From positions 1 to 53,930 of the forward strand of contig CALWTU010000013.1 of the NCBI GenBank assembly GCA_944384515.1: a stretch of DNA of 53,930 bases, read 5' to 3'. Positions 18,788 through 27,412 of this stretch are shown one piece after another (position 1 is the stretch's first letter; every line of letters begins with the position of its first letter). A model generated the notes under the pieces. The model was not told where the DNA came from. It ran no database searches and worked only from the letters and a program-made list of their open reading frames with translations. Position numbers and translations under genes: made by a program. This stretch comes from an uncultured Clostridia bacterium. Its GTDB lineage: Bacteria; Bacillota; Clostridia; Oscillospirales; CAG-272.

Positions 18788-19636
18788 ATGAACGGTTTTT
18801 ATAAAAACATTATATCAAAATTAAATCCGTCTCTCATCAGTTGTGCATATTACGACCTCACGGGCGTACCTTGGGATAACAAGTTGAATAAGCTAAACCA
18901 TAATATACTTTACTTTATTTTGGACGGAGAAGGTCAAATCAATGTAAGCTCAAAAAATTATTACCCCGAAAAAAATACGCTTGTGCTGCTGCCTTGCAAT
19001 CAGTACCACTTTGCAAGGTCAATTAATGATCACCACTATAAAAAGTTCACCTGCTACTTTTATTCAAAAGTCGGAGAATATGACATTTTTGATATACTCA
19101 CAACCCCTGTATGCGTTAATATACGGAATACGGATGAGCTCAAATGTGTATTTGGCGAACTTTGCCGCATTTGGCATAAAAACGACAGAAATATAGCAGA
19201 TGAGATAAAAATTAAACAGCTTCTTATAGAAATTATCTGTATCTATTTTCAAAACTGTGACGAAGAAGAGATAAGTGTTTCAAAAGACAAGTTTAATAGT
19301 GGCATTGAGCGTGTATTGAAATATATAGATGAAAATATATACGAGACAACAGATGTAAAAGTGCTTGCAGAACTGATAAATTACCATCCGAACTATTTTC
19401 AAAGACTTTTTAAAAAAACAACCGGAGTTACCCCTGCAAAGTATATATCCAACATACGACTTCAAAGAATGACAGATATGCTTATATACACTGATATGAG
19501 TGTATCCCAAATAGCAAAAAAATTTAAGTGCGACAGTAAATCATTGTCGGCGACAATTAAAAAAAATTACGGGGTGCCGCCATCTGTTTTAAGAGAAAAC
19601 AATAAACACGGGTCAGAACCGTACAAAAGCAAATAG
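18788..19636 (+). CDS. AraC family transcriptional regulator
   Basis: Cupin-like N-terminus plus a C-terminal HTH pair (VKVLAELINYHPNYFQRLFKKTTGVTPAKY). Divergent from the beta-helix gene. Confidence 0.85.
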   Translation: MNGFYKNIISKLNPSLISCAYYDLTGVPWDNKLNKLNHNILYFILDGEGQINVSSKNYYPEKNTLVLLPCNQYHFARSINDHHYKKFTCYFYSKVGEYDIFDILTTPVCVNIRNTDELKCVFGELCRIWHKNDRNIADEIKIKQLLIEIICIYFQNCDEEEISVSKDKFNSGIERVLKYIDENIYETTDVKVLAELINYHPNYFQRLFKKTTGVTPAKYISNIRLQRMTDMLIYTDMSVSQIAKKFKCDSKSLSATIKKNYGVPPSVLRENNKHGSEPYKSK

Positions 19637-19766
19637 TCCAAAAAGGTAAGCAAACATCTAATAGTCAGTTCAATTTATGTAAACAATTATTTGCATTTTT
19701 TCAAACTGCCTTTTGAATTCGAATGATTTTTTAAAAAAATATGAAAAAATCCCCTTGGGTGAGGTA

Positions 19767-19797
19767 TTGCTTGTTACCTTAGGTAATGTTATATAAT
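19767..19797 (+). promoter_or_regulatory. MerR-type promoter with a 19-bp spacer and operator palindrome
   Basis: TTGCTT (19767-19772), a 19-nt spacer, then TATAAT (19792-19797). The spacer contains the inverted repeat TTACCT-T-AGGTAA (19774-19786). Confidence 0.55.
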
Positions 19798-19820
19798 GGT
19801 AGCAAGAGGAGGTGAACGCT

Positions 19821-20570
19821 ATGTCAAAATACACAACCGGAGAAATAGCAAAGCTCTGCTCTGTGTCCGTGAGGACGGTACAATATTACGACATGAGAAA
19901 TATTCTCGTACCGAGCGAACTGTCAGAGGGCGGACGCAGACTTTACTCCGAAGACGACCTTAAGAAAATGAAAACAATTTGCTTTTTGCGTGAGGTCGGT
20001 TTATCCATAAACAATATCAGCCGTCTTTTGAAAGAAGATAATTTTGAAAATGTTTTATCTGTTATTTTAGATGAGCATCAAAAATTTCTTGAAGAAGAAA
20101 TGAGCGACATTGACAAGAAGTTGAAATTTGTGGAAGAAATAAAGTCGGAGCTGAAAAATACCAAAAGACTCTCGGTTGAATCCATCGGCGATATAGCGCA
20201 AATGATGAAAAACAAACGTAATCTGGCAAAACTCAGATGGGGGATGGCGATTGTAGGCATTATCATGGACATTATTGAAATAGGAACTGCCGTTTTATGG
20301 TGGAAGAGCGGAATCTGGTGGCCGTTTGCGCTCGGAATGTGCGTTGTAATCGGTCTTGGAATCTGGATTTCCCTGTTCTATTTCAAAAGAGTTGCTTATA
20401 TCTGCCCCGAATGTCACGAAGTATTTAAACCGAAGCTGAAAAACGCATTTTTGGCTTACCACACGCCGAACACAAGGAAACTGACATGTCCGAAGTGCAA
20501 CCATAAGGGTTACTGTGTGGAAATTTACAGCACAAACGAAAAAAAGGAGAGCGACAGTACTCACTGCTGA
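19821..20570 (+). CDS. MerR family transcriptional regulator fused to two TM helices and a C-terminal zinc ribbon
   Basis: MerR HTH (YTTGEIAKLCSVSVRTVQYYDMRNILVPS...GGRRLYSEDDL), a coiled coil, hydrophobic segments WGMAIVGIIMDIIEIGTAVLWW and IWWPFALGMCVVIGLGIWISLFYF, then CPEC...CPKC. Start set to ATG 19821, which has an AGGAGG SD. Confidence 0.8.
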   Translation: MSKYTTGEIAKLCSVSVRTVQYYDMRNILVPSELSEGGRRLYSEDDLKKMKTICFLREVGLSINNISRLLKEDNFENVLSVILDEHQKFLEEEMSDIDKKLKFVEEIKSELKNTKRLSVESIGDIAQMMKNKRNLAKLRWGMAIVGIIMDIIEIGTAVLWWKSGIWWPFALGMCVVIGLGIWISLFYFKRVAYICPECHEVFKPKLKNAFLAYHTPNTRKLTCPKCNHKGYCVEIYSTNEKKESDSTHC

Positions 20571-20619
20571 ACTCTCCGATTCAAGGCAAAAAACTTTTGC
20601 CGATACACAAAATAACTGA

Positions 20620-21054
20620 TTATGAGGGTTGCTTTGCCGCCATGAGCTGAGCAATCCTCTCTTCTATTTTTCGATACCCCAATTCTATGTCGTCTGTATC
20701 AAGAACCGACTGCTCAAGTGGGCAGATACCGTCACCCGTGCGGTTTTTTATAAAATCCACAAGAGTTTTATACTCATACTCTATCCCGTGAGAGGCGAGA
20801 ACGGTAAGCGCCGCACGGCTCATTATCTCGCCATAGACATACTTTGCACCCGAGAGGGCGAGCAGCATTGCCGCCGCCTTGCCTATGGTGGTATCATATA
20901 TATCCATTCCTTTGAAAAAGTCGACACGGGTACGCATCGGAGTAATAATGGGCTTCACGCCGATGCCGGTATTTTTATATGTAATTTCATTATCTGAGCA
21001 GGCGATAAACGTCGCTTCCCGTCTGCTTATCTTCTCTTTAAACTTATCCTTCAT
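20620..21054 (-). CDS. DUF1893 (TM1506-like) domain protein
   Basis: GIGVKPI, DTTIGKAAAMLLALSGAKYVYGEIMSRAALTVL, IKNRTGDGICPLEQSV. This pattern is recalled from the TM1506 family. Overlaps the upstream gene by 11 nt. Confidence 0.7.
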   Translation of the reverse strand: MKDKFKEKISRREATFIACSDNEITYKNTGIGVKPIITPMRTRVDFFKGMDIYDTTIGKAAAMLLALSGAKYVYGEIMSRAALTVLASHGIEYEYKTLVDFIKNRTGDGICPLEQSVLDTDDIELGYRKIEERIAQLMAAKQPS

Positions 21055-21571
21055 CCTTCCAAACCCTACCGTATATTTTGTATATCAGGGGAATAATAAC
21101 CGTTTGCGCCGCAATACCCGGAAGGGACACGGCAACTCCGCTAAGAAGCACTCCGAGCCCGACAAATCCCGCCGGCAACTCAAAAATCAGCCCCGCAAGA
21201 CTTACTGTTACTATATAACCCGCTCTTGATATTATAAGACTCAATAGCACCGCAATGGGAAGGTAAATTTTTCTCTTTATAAAATTTAAAACTGCGGCAT
21301 ATATAATCAGCTCTACAAGCATAAAATAAAGCATCGGCACGGCGGGCATACCGGATATGATATTGCTCAGAAGCGGCGCAATCATCGCAACCGAAAGCGC
21401 ATATCCGAAATCAAGTACCACTGCTGCCAACGCAACTCCCCAAAACAGCGGCAGAAACATTTTTCCGCCCTGCGGTCCTGCAAAATGAAATACTGTAGGC
21501 ATAACCACGCTTATCGAAAGGCATAAGCCTGCAAGCACTACGTTTTTTGTTCTCTGTTTTCCCTGTTCCAT
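21044..21571 (-). CDS. ECF-transporter S-component-like membrane protein, substrate unknown
   Basis: 175 aa with about 5-6 TM helices. The FLPLFWGVALAAVVL...APLLSNIISGMPAVPMLYFMLVELIIYA pattern is typical of PF12822-type S components. Confidence 0.65.
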   Translation of the reverse strand: MEQGKQRTKNVVLAGLCLSISVVMPTVFHFAGPQGGKMFLPLFWGVALAAVVLDFGYALSVAMIAPLLSNIISGMPAVPMLYFMLVELIIYAAVLNFIKRKIYLPIAVLLSLIISRAGYIVTVSLAGLIFELPAGFVGLGVLLSGVAVSLPGIAAQTVIIPLIYKIYGRVWKDEG

Positions 21572-21673
21572 AAATTCTGAGTTTCCCTTTTTATGTGTTT
21601 CTCATATTATCATATCACATTTTACTTCAAAATTCAAGAAACGGTTAAGATTTTATTTTTAAAATGCAATTCA

Positions 21674-21702
21674 TTGACAAAAAAGTCTCATTATGTTATA
21701 AT
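21674..21702 (+). promoter_or_regulatory. sigma-A type promoter of the DUF368 gene
   Basis: TTGACA (21674-21679), a 17-nt spacer, then TATAAT (21697-21702). Confidence 0.55.
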
Positions 21703-21793
21703 TCTGTTTGTGTTTTAAAATCATGTTTTGTTTTTCGCAGATAGAAATATTTTTTCATCTGCTCTCATAAAACTAAATCAGGAAAGGTTTTTT

Positions 21794-22699
21794 ATGAACG
21801 AAAACAATATTTCAGTGAAAAAAAATAATTTTTTAAAGGACTTTATTTCAGGTATCGCCATAGGAATAGCTTTTATTATACCCGGATTTTCAGGCGGCTC
21901 GGTTGCGGCAATACTCGGAATTTACGAGAGGCTTGTAGGAGCTATTGCGGATATTGCAAAAGATTTCAAAAACAGCATAAAAACTCTGTTGCCTATCGGA
22001 CTCGGTATGGTAAGCGGAGTTATTGCCATGCTCTATCCTTTAGGCTGGGCGCTTGAAAAGTTCCCGTTCCCCACCGTATCCCTCTTCGTAGGACTTGCTC
22101 TCGGAGGACTGCCCTCGATTACGGATAAATTAAAAGGCAAGAAGAGACTTTCACATCTTCCTGCCTGCATTATTCCGCTTTTGTGCGCACTGCTGCTTTC
22201 TTTTCTTCCCGTTGGACAGGATGTCAATCTTTTTGGATTGACATTCGGCGGTTATATTTTGCTTGTTGTAATCGGCATAATAGGTTCCTGCGCTCTTGTT
22301 ATCCCCGGTATTTCCGGAAGCATGCTCTTACTTATTTTAGGATATTACAACCCCGTTGTCAAAATGATAACCGACCACTTCTTCAAGGGTCGTGATATCC
22401 TCACCTGCATTCTCGTGCTCGGCTCGCTTGCGCTTGGAATACTGATAGGATTTATAATTATCTCTAAACTTATGAAATTCCTTCTGAAAAATTATCCCAT
22501 GGGAACATATTTTGCAATTATAGGTTTTATTCTCGGCTCAATACCCACAGTGTATATTTCAACTGCAAAGGACGCCGCGGTTGAAATTGCAAAGCTTTCC
22601 GCTTTGCACTGGGTAGCATGCGTACTGATGCTTATAATAGGCGCCGCAATGTCCTTATCCCTTGTTATGTACGCAAAGAAAAAGGGATTATCCGAGTAA
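21794..22699 (+). CDS. DUF368 family membrane protein (polyprenyl-phosphate transporter PopT family)
   Basis: FISGIAIGIAFIIPGFSGGSVAAILGIYERL, with a second repeat VIPGISGSMLLLILGYY. Start set to ATG 21794. Confidence 0.82.
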   Translation: MNENNISVKKNNFLKDFISGIAIGIAFIIPGFSGGSVAAILGIYERLVGAIADIAKDFKNSIKTLLPIGLGMVSGVIAMLYPLGWALEKFPFPTVSLFVGLALGGLPSITDKLKGKKRLSHLPACIIPLLCALLLSFLPVGQDVNLFGLTFGGYILLVVIGIIGSCALVIPGISGSMLLLILGYYNPVVKMITDHFFKGRDILTCILVLGSLALGILIGFIIISKLMKFLLKNYPMGTYFAIIGFILGSIPTVYISTAKDAAVEIAKLSALHWVACVLMLIIGAAMSLSLVMYAKKKGLSE

Positions 22700-22701
22700 T
22701 A

Positions 22702-23169
22702 TCAAAGCTTGATAAGCGGTTTTACAAATCCGCCGTCGGTAAGCGAGGATATATCACACGCAATTACAGTGTTCTTGTAAACTATCAGGTTTACATACAC
22801 TGTGTCCTCACTGCCCTCATAATTTTCGAGTGTGTATGTATATCGTGTAACTCTCTTGTTTTTGTATTTTGAAATATCAAGTCCCTGAGACTTTTGAATT
22901 TGATTGTATCCCGAAATAATTCTGTCAAAATTTTCGGGAACGGAAAACTCCGCACTCTCCTCACTGCCTCGCTTTACGGTATAGCCCTGCGACTCGATAA
23001 ACTCTATCCTGTCCTCCTCGGTTTTTATTCCGCTGAAGTCGACCATTGCACTGACGGCATTTGTTGCCGATTTTGCTGCGAATGTGAAAATCACCCCGAC
23101 GAGAACCAATGCCGCAAGCAGTATTGAGAAAAAGCGAATTGTTGATGCTCTGATAGTATATATAAACAT
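22702..23169 (-). CDS. DUF4830-like membrane-anchored protein
   Basis: N-terminal TM anchor. The remainder (EDRIEFIESQGYTV ... IISGYNQIQKSQGLDISKYKNKRVTRYTY) resembles DUF4830 proteins of Clostridia. Confidence 0.65.
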   Translation of the reverse strand: MFIYTIRASTIRFFSILLAALVLVGVIFTFAAKSATNAVSAMVDFSGIKTEEDRIEFIESQGYTVKRGSEESAEFSVPENFDRIISGYNQIQKSQGLDISKYKNKRVTRYTYTLENYEGSEDTVYVNLIVYKNTVIACDISSLTDGGFVKPLIKL

Positions 23170-23336
23170 ATTTTCCCCTCCTTTTTACTTCAATATATGC
23201 GACGGGGAGAATCAATATAACTCGATTATTTAAGATAAGGCCATAAAAACGACTGTGCCGTCAGCAAAGCTTAAAGCATGAAAGCAATTTAAATAACTGC
23301 TCATTTAATTTAACAATGAGGCAGAAATAATTTAAC

Positions 23337-23369
23337 GGCGAGGCAGAAAAATTCTGTCTCGCCGCTTTT
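23337..23369 (+). terminator. orphan terminator-like hairpin
   Basis: GGCGAGGCAG / CTGTCTCGCC stem with loop AAAAATT, followed by GCTTTTG. No plus-strand gene lies upstream. Confidence 0.45.
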
Positions 23370-23386
23370 GTGTTGTGCATAATTGC

Positions 23387-23431
23387 GGCAGCCCCGAAAA
23401 TATTTATTGCATTTCCCCGGGGCTGCCTTTT
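23387..23431 (+). terminator. orphan terminator-like hairpin
   Basis: GGCAGCCCCG / CGGGGCTGCC stem followed by TTTT. Confidence 0.45.
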
Positions 23432-23549
23432 GACTGAGTTATGCTAAGTATATCATTGTCTCAGTCTCGGTAACGAAATCAATTTTGAATGTGGCTTAAA
23501 TCAACATCTTTATGCCGTACGTTTACGGCAAAGTCAAACTGTTAACCGA

Positions 23550-23645
23550 TTAACGGCCGCAGCAGCAGCAAGCGATAACGATAGCAAGGATAATAATCCA
23601 TGTACAGTTGTCGTCAAATATGTGGCAAAAACAATTATTATTCAT
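23550..23645 (-). CDS. 31-aa Cys-rich single-pass membrane peptide (MNNNCFCHIFDDNCTWIIILAIVIACCCCGR)
   Basis: ATG 23645 lies 7 nt after a GGAGGA SD, with a TAA stop at 23552-23550. Hydrophobic core WIIILAIVIA flanked by 7 Cys. Below the ORF-track length cutoff. Confidence 0.55.
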   Translation of the reverse strand: MNNNCFCHIFDDNCTWIIILAIVIACCCCGR

Positions 23646-23759
23646 ATATTATTCCTCCGAGGAGATTTATGTTTATGACGGTGTTGCCGTCTAATATAAT
23701 TGTATGCTGTTTTCAAAATATTGTTAATGCCGGAGTGTTTTTTCATTTATATTTATTTA

Positions 23760-25889
23760 TCAGTCAAAGTCAAAGACGACTTTTCCGTCCTTTACTTTAA
23801 GCTTGCCCTGAAATCTCTTGCCGTTTTTGGAGATAAATCCGTCAAGCTTTGCGGTAGAACCATTTCTGAGAAGCTCCCTTGCCTCATCAATTCTTACGGT
23901 ACGGCCGCAAATCAATGTTCCTATCTTAAAGGTACATCCGTCGGCGTAACCCATACATCCGTATGAGAATTTGCCGCGCACGACATTTTTGCCGCACAGA
24001 GGACAGACGCCGACTATCTCGCCGAGTGTGCCTGTATTCGGCTGTTCATAATTTATATCGGCGCTTGTTTTGTTCATTATCTTAGATATTTCTTCCTCGG
24101 CAAGCTTTACGCTGTCATCGACGGTCATCTCACCTCGGTAAACACCCTTGAGCGCTCTGCCGAGCTGGCTGGTTTTGTATTTATCCATTATTATCTGAAG
24201 TCTGTCAAGCGTCTCAATAAGAAACTCTCCGCCCTCAAGAATGGTATAAACATCCTTTGTAAGTTTTATATAGCCCGTGTTCTTGGCGTTTTCTATAATT
24301 CCCGTCCTTGTCGCCTCGGTGCCGAGCTCAAGTCCCTCAAATATTGCCTTGTAGTCTTCACTGTCGTCAATCTCGCCGTTTTGCTCCATCTCCTTCGCCT
24401 TTGCCTTATCGTCCTTAAAAGGATTTTTAAGATAATTATTTAAACTTTCAATAGTATAATGCTTAGGCGGCGTCGTTTTGCAGGCGACGGGCTTGAAATT
24501 TATATTGACAGTGTCACCGACATTGAGGTTCGGTATGATTTTATCCTTGCGCTTGCAGTCGTCGTATTTCGTAAAACCGGGTGTTATTATCATCATGCCG
24601 CGCAGTGTAAATTCCTCAAGTTCTCCGAGAGAAATTTTTATCTCGGTTTTCTCGACAATACAGTCCTCCGCACAGAACACGGCGGCAAATCTGCGGAAAA
24701 CCGTCGAATAGACCTTCATCTCCTTTTCCGAAAGTTCCGACGCCTTCGGAATTTTATAGGTCGGAGTTATGGCGGAGTGCGCCTCGATCTTCGAGTCATC
24801 AAAAATCAGCTTTGAATCCTTGAATTTTACATCATATCCGATTTTTTTAACATTTGAAATAATCGACTTGAACTTATCCTTTTCCGCTGTTGCAAGATAT
24901 TCCGAGTTCGTACGCGGATATGTGAGATATCCTTTTTCATATAGATCCTGTATAATCTTAAGGCTCTCGGTCATACTCATCTTATAGGTTCCGCCAAGCA
25001 GGTTCTGCAGTGTGGAAAGTGAAAAGAGCTTGCCCGCACGCAAGGTTTCCTTTTTGCTCTCCTTTTTTGTCACGGTAGCGGTATTTGAGTTATACAGCTT
25101 TGCAGTCTCCTCGGCTTTCTCAAGCTGATCTTTTGTAAACTGAAGTTTACTCTCAAGCAAAACTTTCTCGTTTTTTGTGACCTCGTTTGACCTGATAACA
25201 TAATAAGTCTCGGACTTGAAATTCCGAATTTCCATATCACGGTCATATATTGCCTTTACAATCGGCACTATTACTCTGCCCACTCGGAGAAGCCTGCGAG
25301 AAAGAATAGTTGCATACCGTGTTAAATTAACGCCGTACAGCCAGTCAATATAAGTTCTCGCCAACCCCTCGTTTGCAAGGTTATCATACTCGCTGTCGTC
25401 CTTCATATTTTCAAGCGCCATTCGCACGGTCTCGGTAGTCTGGTCCGGAAGCCACAGCCTCTTTTGCTCCTTTGGGGTCAAAAGCGCGTTATCAACGCAA
25501 ATGCGCACGATAATCTCTCCCTCACGGTCTGCGTCTCCCGCATTTATAATCTGATTTACATCCTCCCTGTTACACAGGGTTTTAAGTATATTAAACTGCT
25601 TTTGCGCTCCGTAATCAACCTTTTTATTGGCGGTTTTGCGAAGCTCAAACCTGAATTTCTCAGGAAAACACGGCAGATTGTCAAGCGTCCACTGCGCACC
25701 GGGATTGCTTTTCGTATAGCTTTCCACATCAGAGAGAGAAAAAAGATGTCCGATAGTCCAACTTACTATATATTCATTGTTTATAAAATATCCGTCTTTT
25801 TTCTGCATTTTATCCATGCCCTGAATCTTCTCGATTCCCGCAACAATATTCCTTGCAAGACTGGGTTTTTCCGCAATAATAAGTTTCAT
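23760..25889 (-). CDS. topB: DNA topoisomerase III
   Basis: Toprim N-terminus MKLIIAEKPS, active-site region GYLTYPRTNSEY, and C-terminal Cys4 zinc-finger motifs (CPLCGK...C, C..C). Confidence 0.92.
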   Translation of the reverse strand: MKLIIAEKPSLARNIVAGIEKIQGMDKMQKKDGYFINNEYIVSWTIGHLFSLSDVESYTKSNPGAQWTLDNLPCFPEKFRFELRKTANKKVDYGAQKQFNILKTLCNREDVNQIINAGDADREGEIIVRICVDNALLTPKEQKRLWLPDQTTETVRMALENMKDDSEYDNLANEGLARTYIDWLYGVNLTRYATILSRRLLRVGRVIVPIVKAIYDRDMEIRNFKSETYYVIRSNEVTKNEKVLLESKLQFTKDQLEKAEETAKLYNSNTATVTKKESKKETLRAGKLFSLSTLQNLLGGTYKMSMTESLKIIQDLYEKGYLTYPRTNSEYLATAEKDKFKSIISNVKKIGYDVKFKDSKLIFDDSKIEAHSAITPTYKIPKASELSEKEMKVYSTVFRRFAAVFCAEDCIVEKTEIKISLGELEEFTLRGMMIITPGFTKYDDCKRKDKIIPNLNVGDTVNINFKPVACKTTPPKHYTIESLNNYLKNPFKDDKAKAKEMEQNGEIDDSEDYKAIFEGLELGTEATRTGIIENAKNTGYIKLTKDVYTILEGGEFLIETLDRLQIIMDKYKTSQLGRALKGVYRGEMTVDDSVKLAEEEISKIMNKTSADINYEQPNTGTLGEIVGVCPLCGKNVVRGKFSYGCMGYADGCTFKIGTLICGRTVRIDEARELLRNGSTAKLDGFISKNGKRFQGKLKVKDGKVVFDFD

Positions 25890-26083
25890 CTCTTTCTCCC
25901 TTCAAAGGCTGTACCCTATATTTTAGCACATTTGTTTTGAAAATTCCACAGTTTTCCGAAAATTTATCATCTTTGTGAAATTTTAATAAATTTGTTTCTC
26001 CATCTTACATGATTAATAATTTTATGGTATAATCAAACTGAAATAAGACGATTTTTTGAAATAAAGATTAACGGAGCTTGCTT

Positions 26084-26668
26084 ATGGCAAAACTGTACTT
26101 TAAATACGGAGCAATGGGTTCTTCAAAAACCGCACAGGCGCTGATAACAAAATTCAACTACGAAGAGCGCGGTATGAAAGTCTGGCTGATAAAGCCCGCA
26201 ACCGACAGCCGTGACGGCGCCGACATTATAAAATCAAGAATAGGACTTAGCGCAAAATGCTCCCCGATATCCGCAAAAGACAACATATATGATATTTTTA
26301 TAAACGAGCACAGAGACTGCGATGTGATTATAACAGACGAATGTCAGTTTTTCACAACAAAGCAGATAGATGAGCTGCGGATGATAGTCAATGAAATAGA
26401 TATCCCCGTATTGTGCTTCGGTCTGCGCACCGACTTTCTCACAAACATGTTTCCCGCAAGCAAGCGGCTGTTTGAGATATCCGACTCAATCTCGGAGATA
26501 AAGACCATTTGCGAGTGCGGCAAAAAAGCGACGGTAAACGCAAGACTTGACGATAAGGGTAAAATTATAACCAAAGGCGACCAGGTCTGCCTCGGAGGCA
26601 ATGACAGATATATTGCCATGTGCCATAAATGCTATGTTGACAGAATAAACAAGGAAAAGGAGAACTGA
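26084..26668 (+). CDS. tdk: thymidine kinase
   Basis: P-loop [14 protein letters not shown], and zinc motif CECG...CHKC. Start set to ATG 26084. Confidence 0.92.
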   Translation: MAKLYFKYGAMGSSKTAQALITKFNYEERGMKVWLIKPATDSRDGADIIKSRIGLSAKCSPISAKDNIYDIFINEHRDCDVIITDECQFFTTKQIDELRMIVNEIDIPVLCFGLRTDFLTNMFPASKRLFEISDSISEIKTICECGKKATVNARLDDKGKIITKGDQVCLGGNDRYIAMCHKCYVDRINKEKEN

Positions 26669-26669
26669 T

Positions 26670-27338
26670 ATGGATATTAGAGAAATTCTCTCAAAGTGCG
26701 ACCACACTCTGCTCTCGCAAACAGCGACATGGGAGGATATAAAAACGGTGTGTGACGACGGAATAAAATACGCCACTGCCTCCGTTTGTATCCCTGCCTC
26801 CTATGTAAAAGAAGCAAAAGCCTATGTCACAGACAAGGTTAAAATCTGTACTGTTATAGGCTTCCCCAACGGTTATTCGACAACACGGGTAAAGGTTTTT
26901 GAGACAGAGGACGCAATCAAAAACGGCGCTGACGAGATAGATATGGTTATTAATATCGGACTTCTCAAAGACAAAAGATATGACGAGGTCAGCGACGAAA
27001 TTAAAAGGATAAAAAATGCGTGTGCGGACAAGATTTTAAAAGTAATTACAGAGACATGCCTATTGACAAAAGAAGAAAAAATCAAGATGTGTGAAATCGT
27101 AAGCCGGTCCGGAGCGGACTATATAAAAACCTCGACTGGTTTTTCCACAGCCGGTGCCACAAAAGAGGATGTTTCACTCTTCAGAGAACATATTGCTGAG
27201 GGTGTAAAGATAAAGGCGGCGGGAGGTATAAGCTCGCTTGAGGACGCCGAGGAGTTTATAAAACTCGGCGCGGCAAGACTCGGTACAAGCAGGATAGTAA
27301 AGATACTGAAAGCAGAAAAGAATATTCAGGGTTACTGA
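26670..27338 (+). CDS. deoC: deoxyribose-phosphate aldolase
   Basis: DHTLL, KVITET, and Schiff-base region DYIKTSTGF. Confidence 0.92.
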   Translation: MDIREILSKCDHTLLSQTATWEDIKTVCDDGIKYATASVCIPASYVKEAKAYVTDKVKICTVIGFPNGYSTTRVKVFETEDAIKNGADEIDMVINIGLLKDKRYDEVSDEIKRIKNACADKILKVITETCLLTKEEKIKMCEIVSRSGADYIKTSTGFSTAGATKEDVSLFREHIAEGVKIKAAGGISSLEDAEEFIKLGAARLGTSRIVKILKAEKNIQGY

Positions 27339-27412
27339 TTTATTTAAATCTTTTTAATTATCAGATTTTTTATTCAGCACGATAAAAAACAATCAACGAA
27401 AGGATATCACTT

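Noticed and set aside
21572-21727. A possible riboswitch upstream of the ECF S-component gene.
   Set aside because: A TTGAAT-17-TATGAT promoter leaves only about 35 nt of AT-rich leader, which is too short and unstructured for a riboswitch aptamer.
23646-23760. A sporulation sigma-K type -10 (CATAcaaTT) upstream of the small Cys-rich peptide gene.
   Set aside because: It does not match CATAnnnTA exactly and has no clear -35. It is too weak to call from sequence alone.
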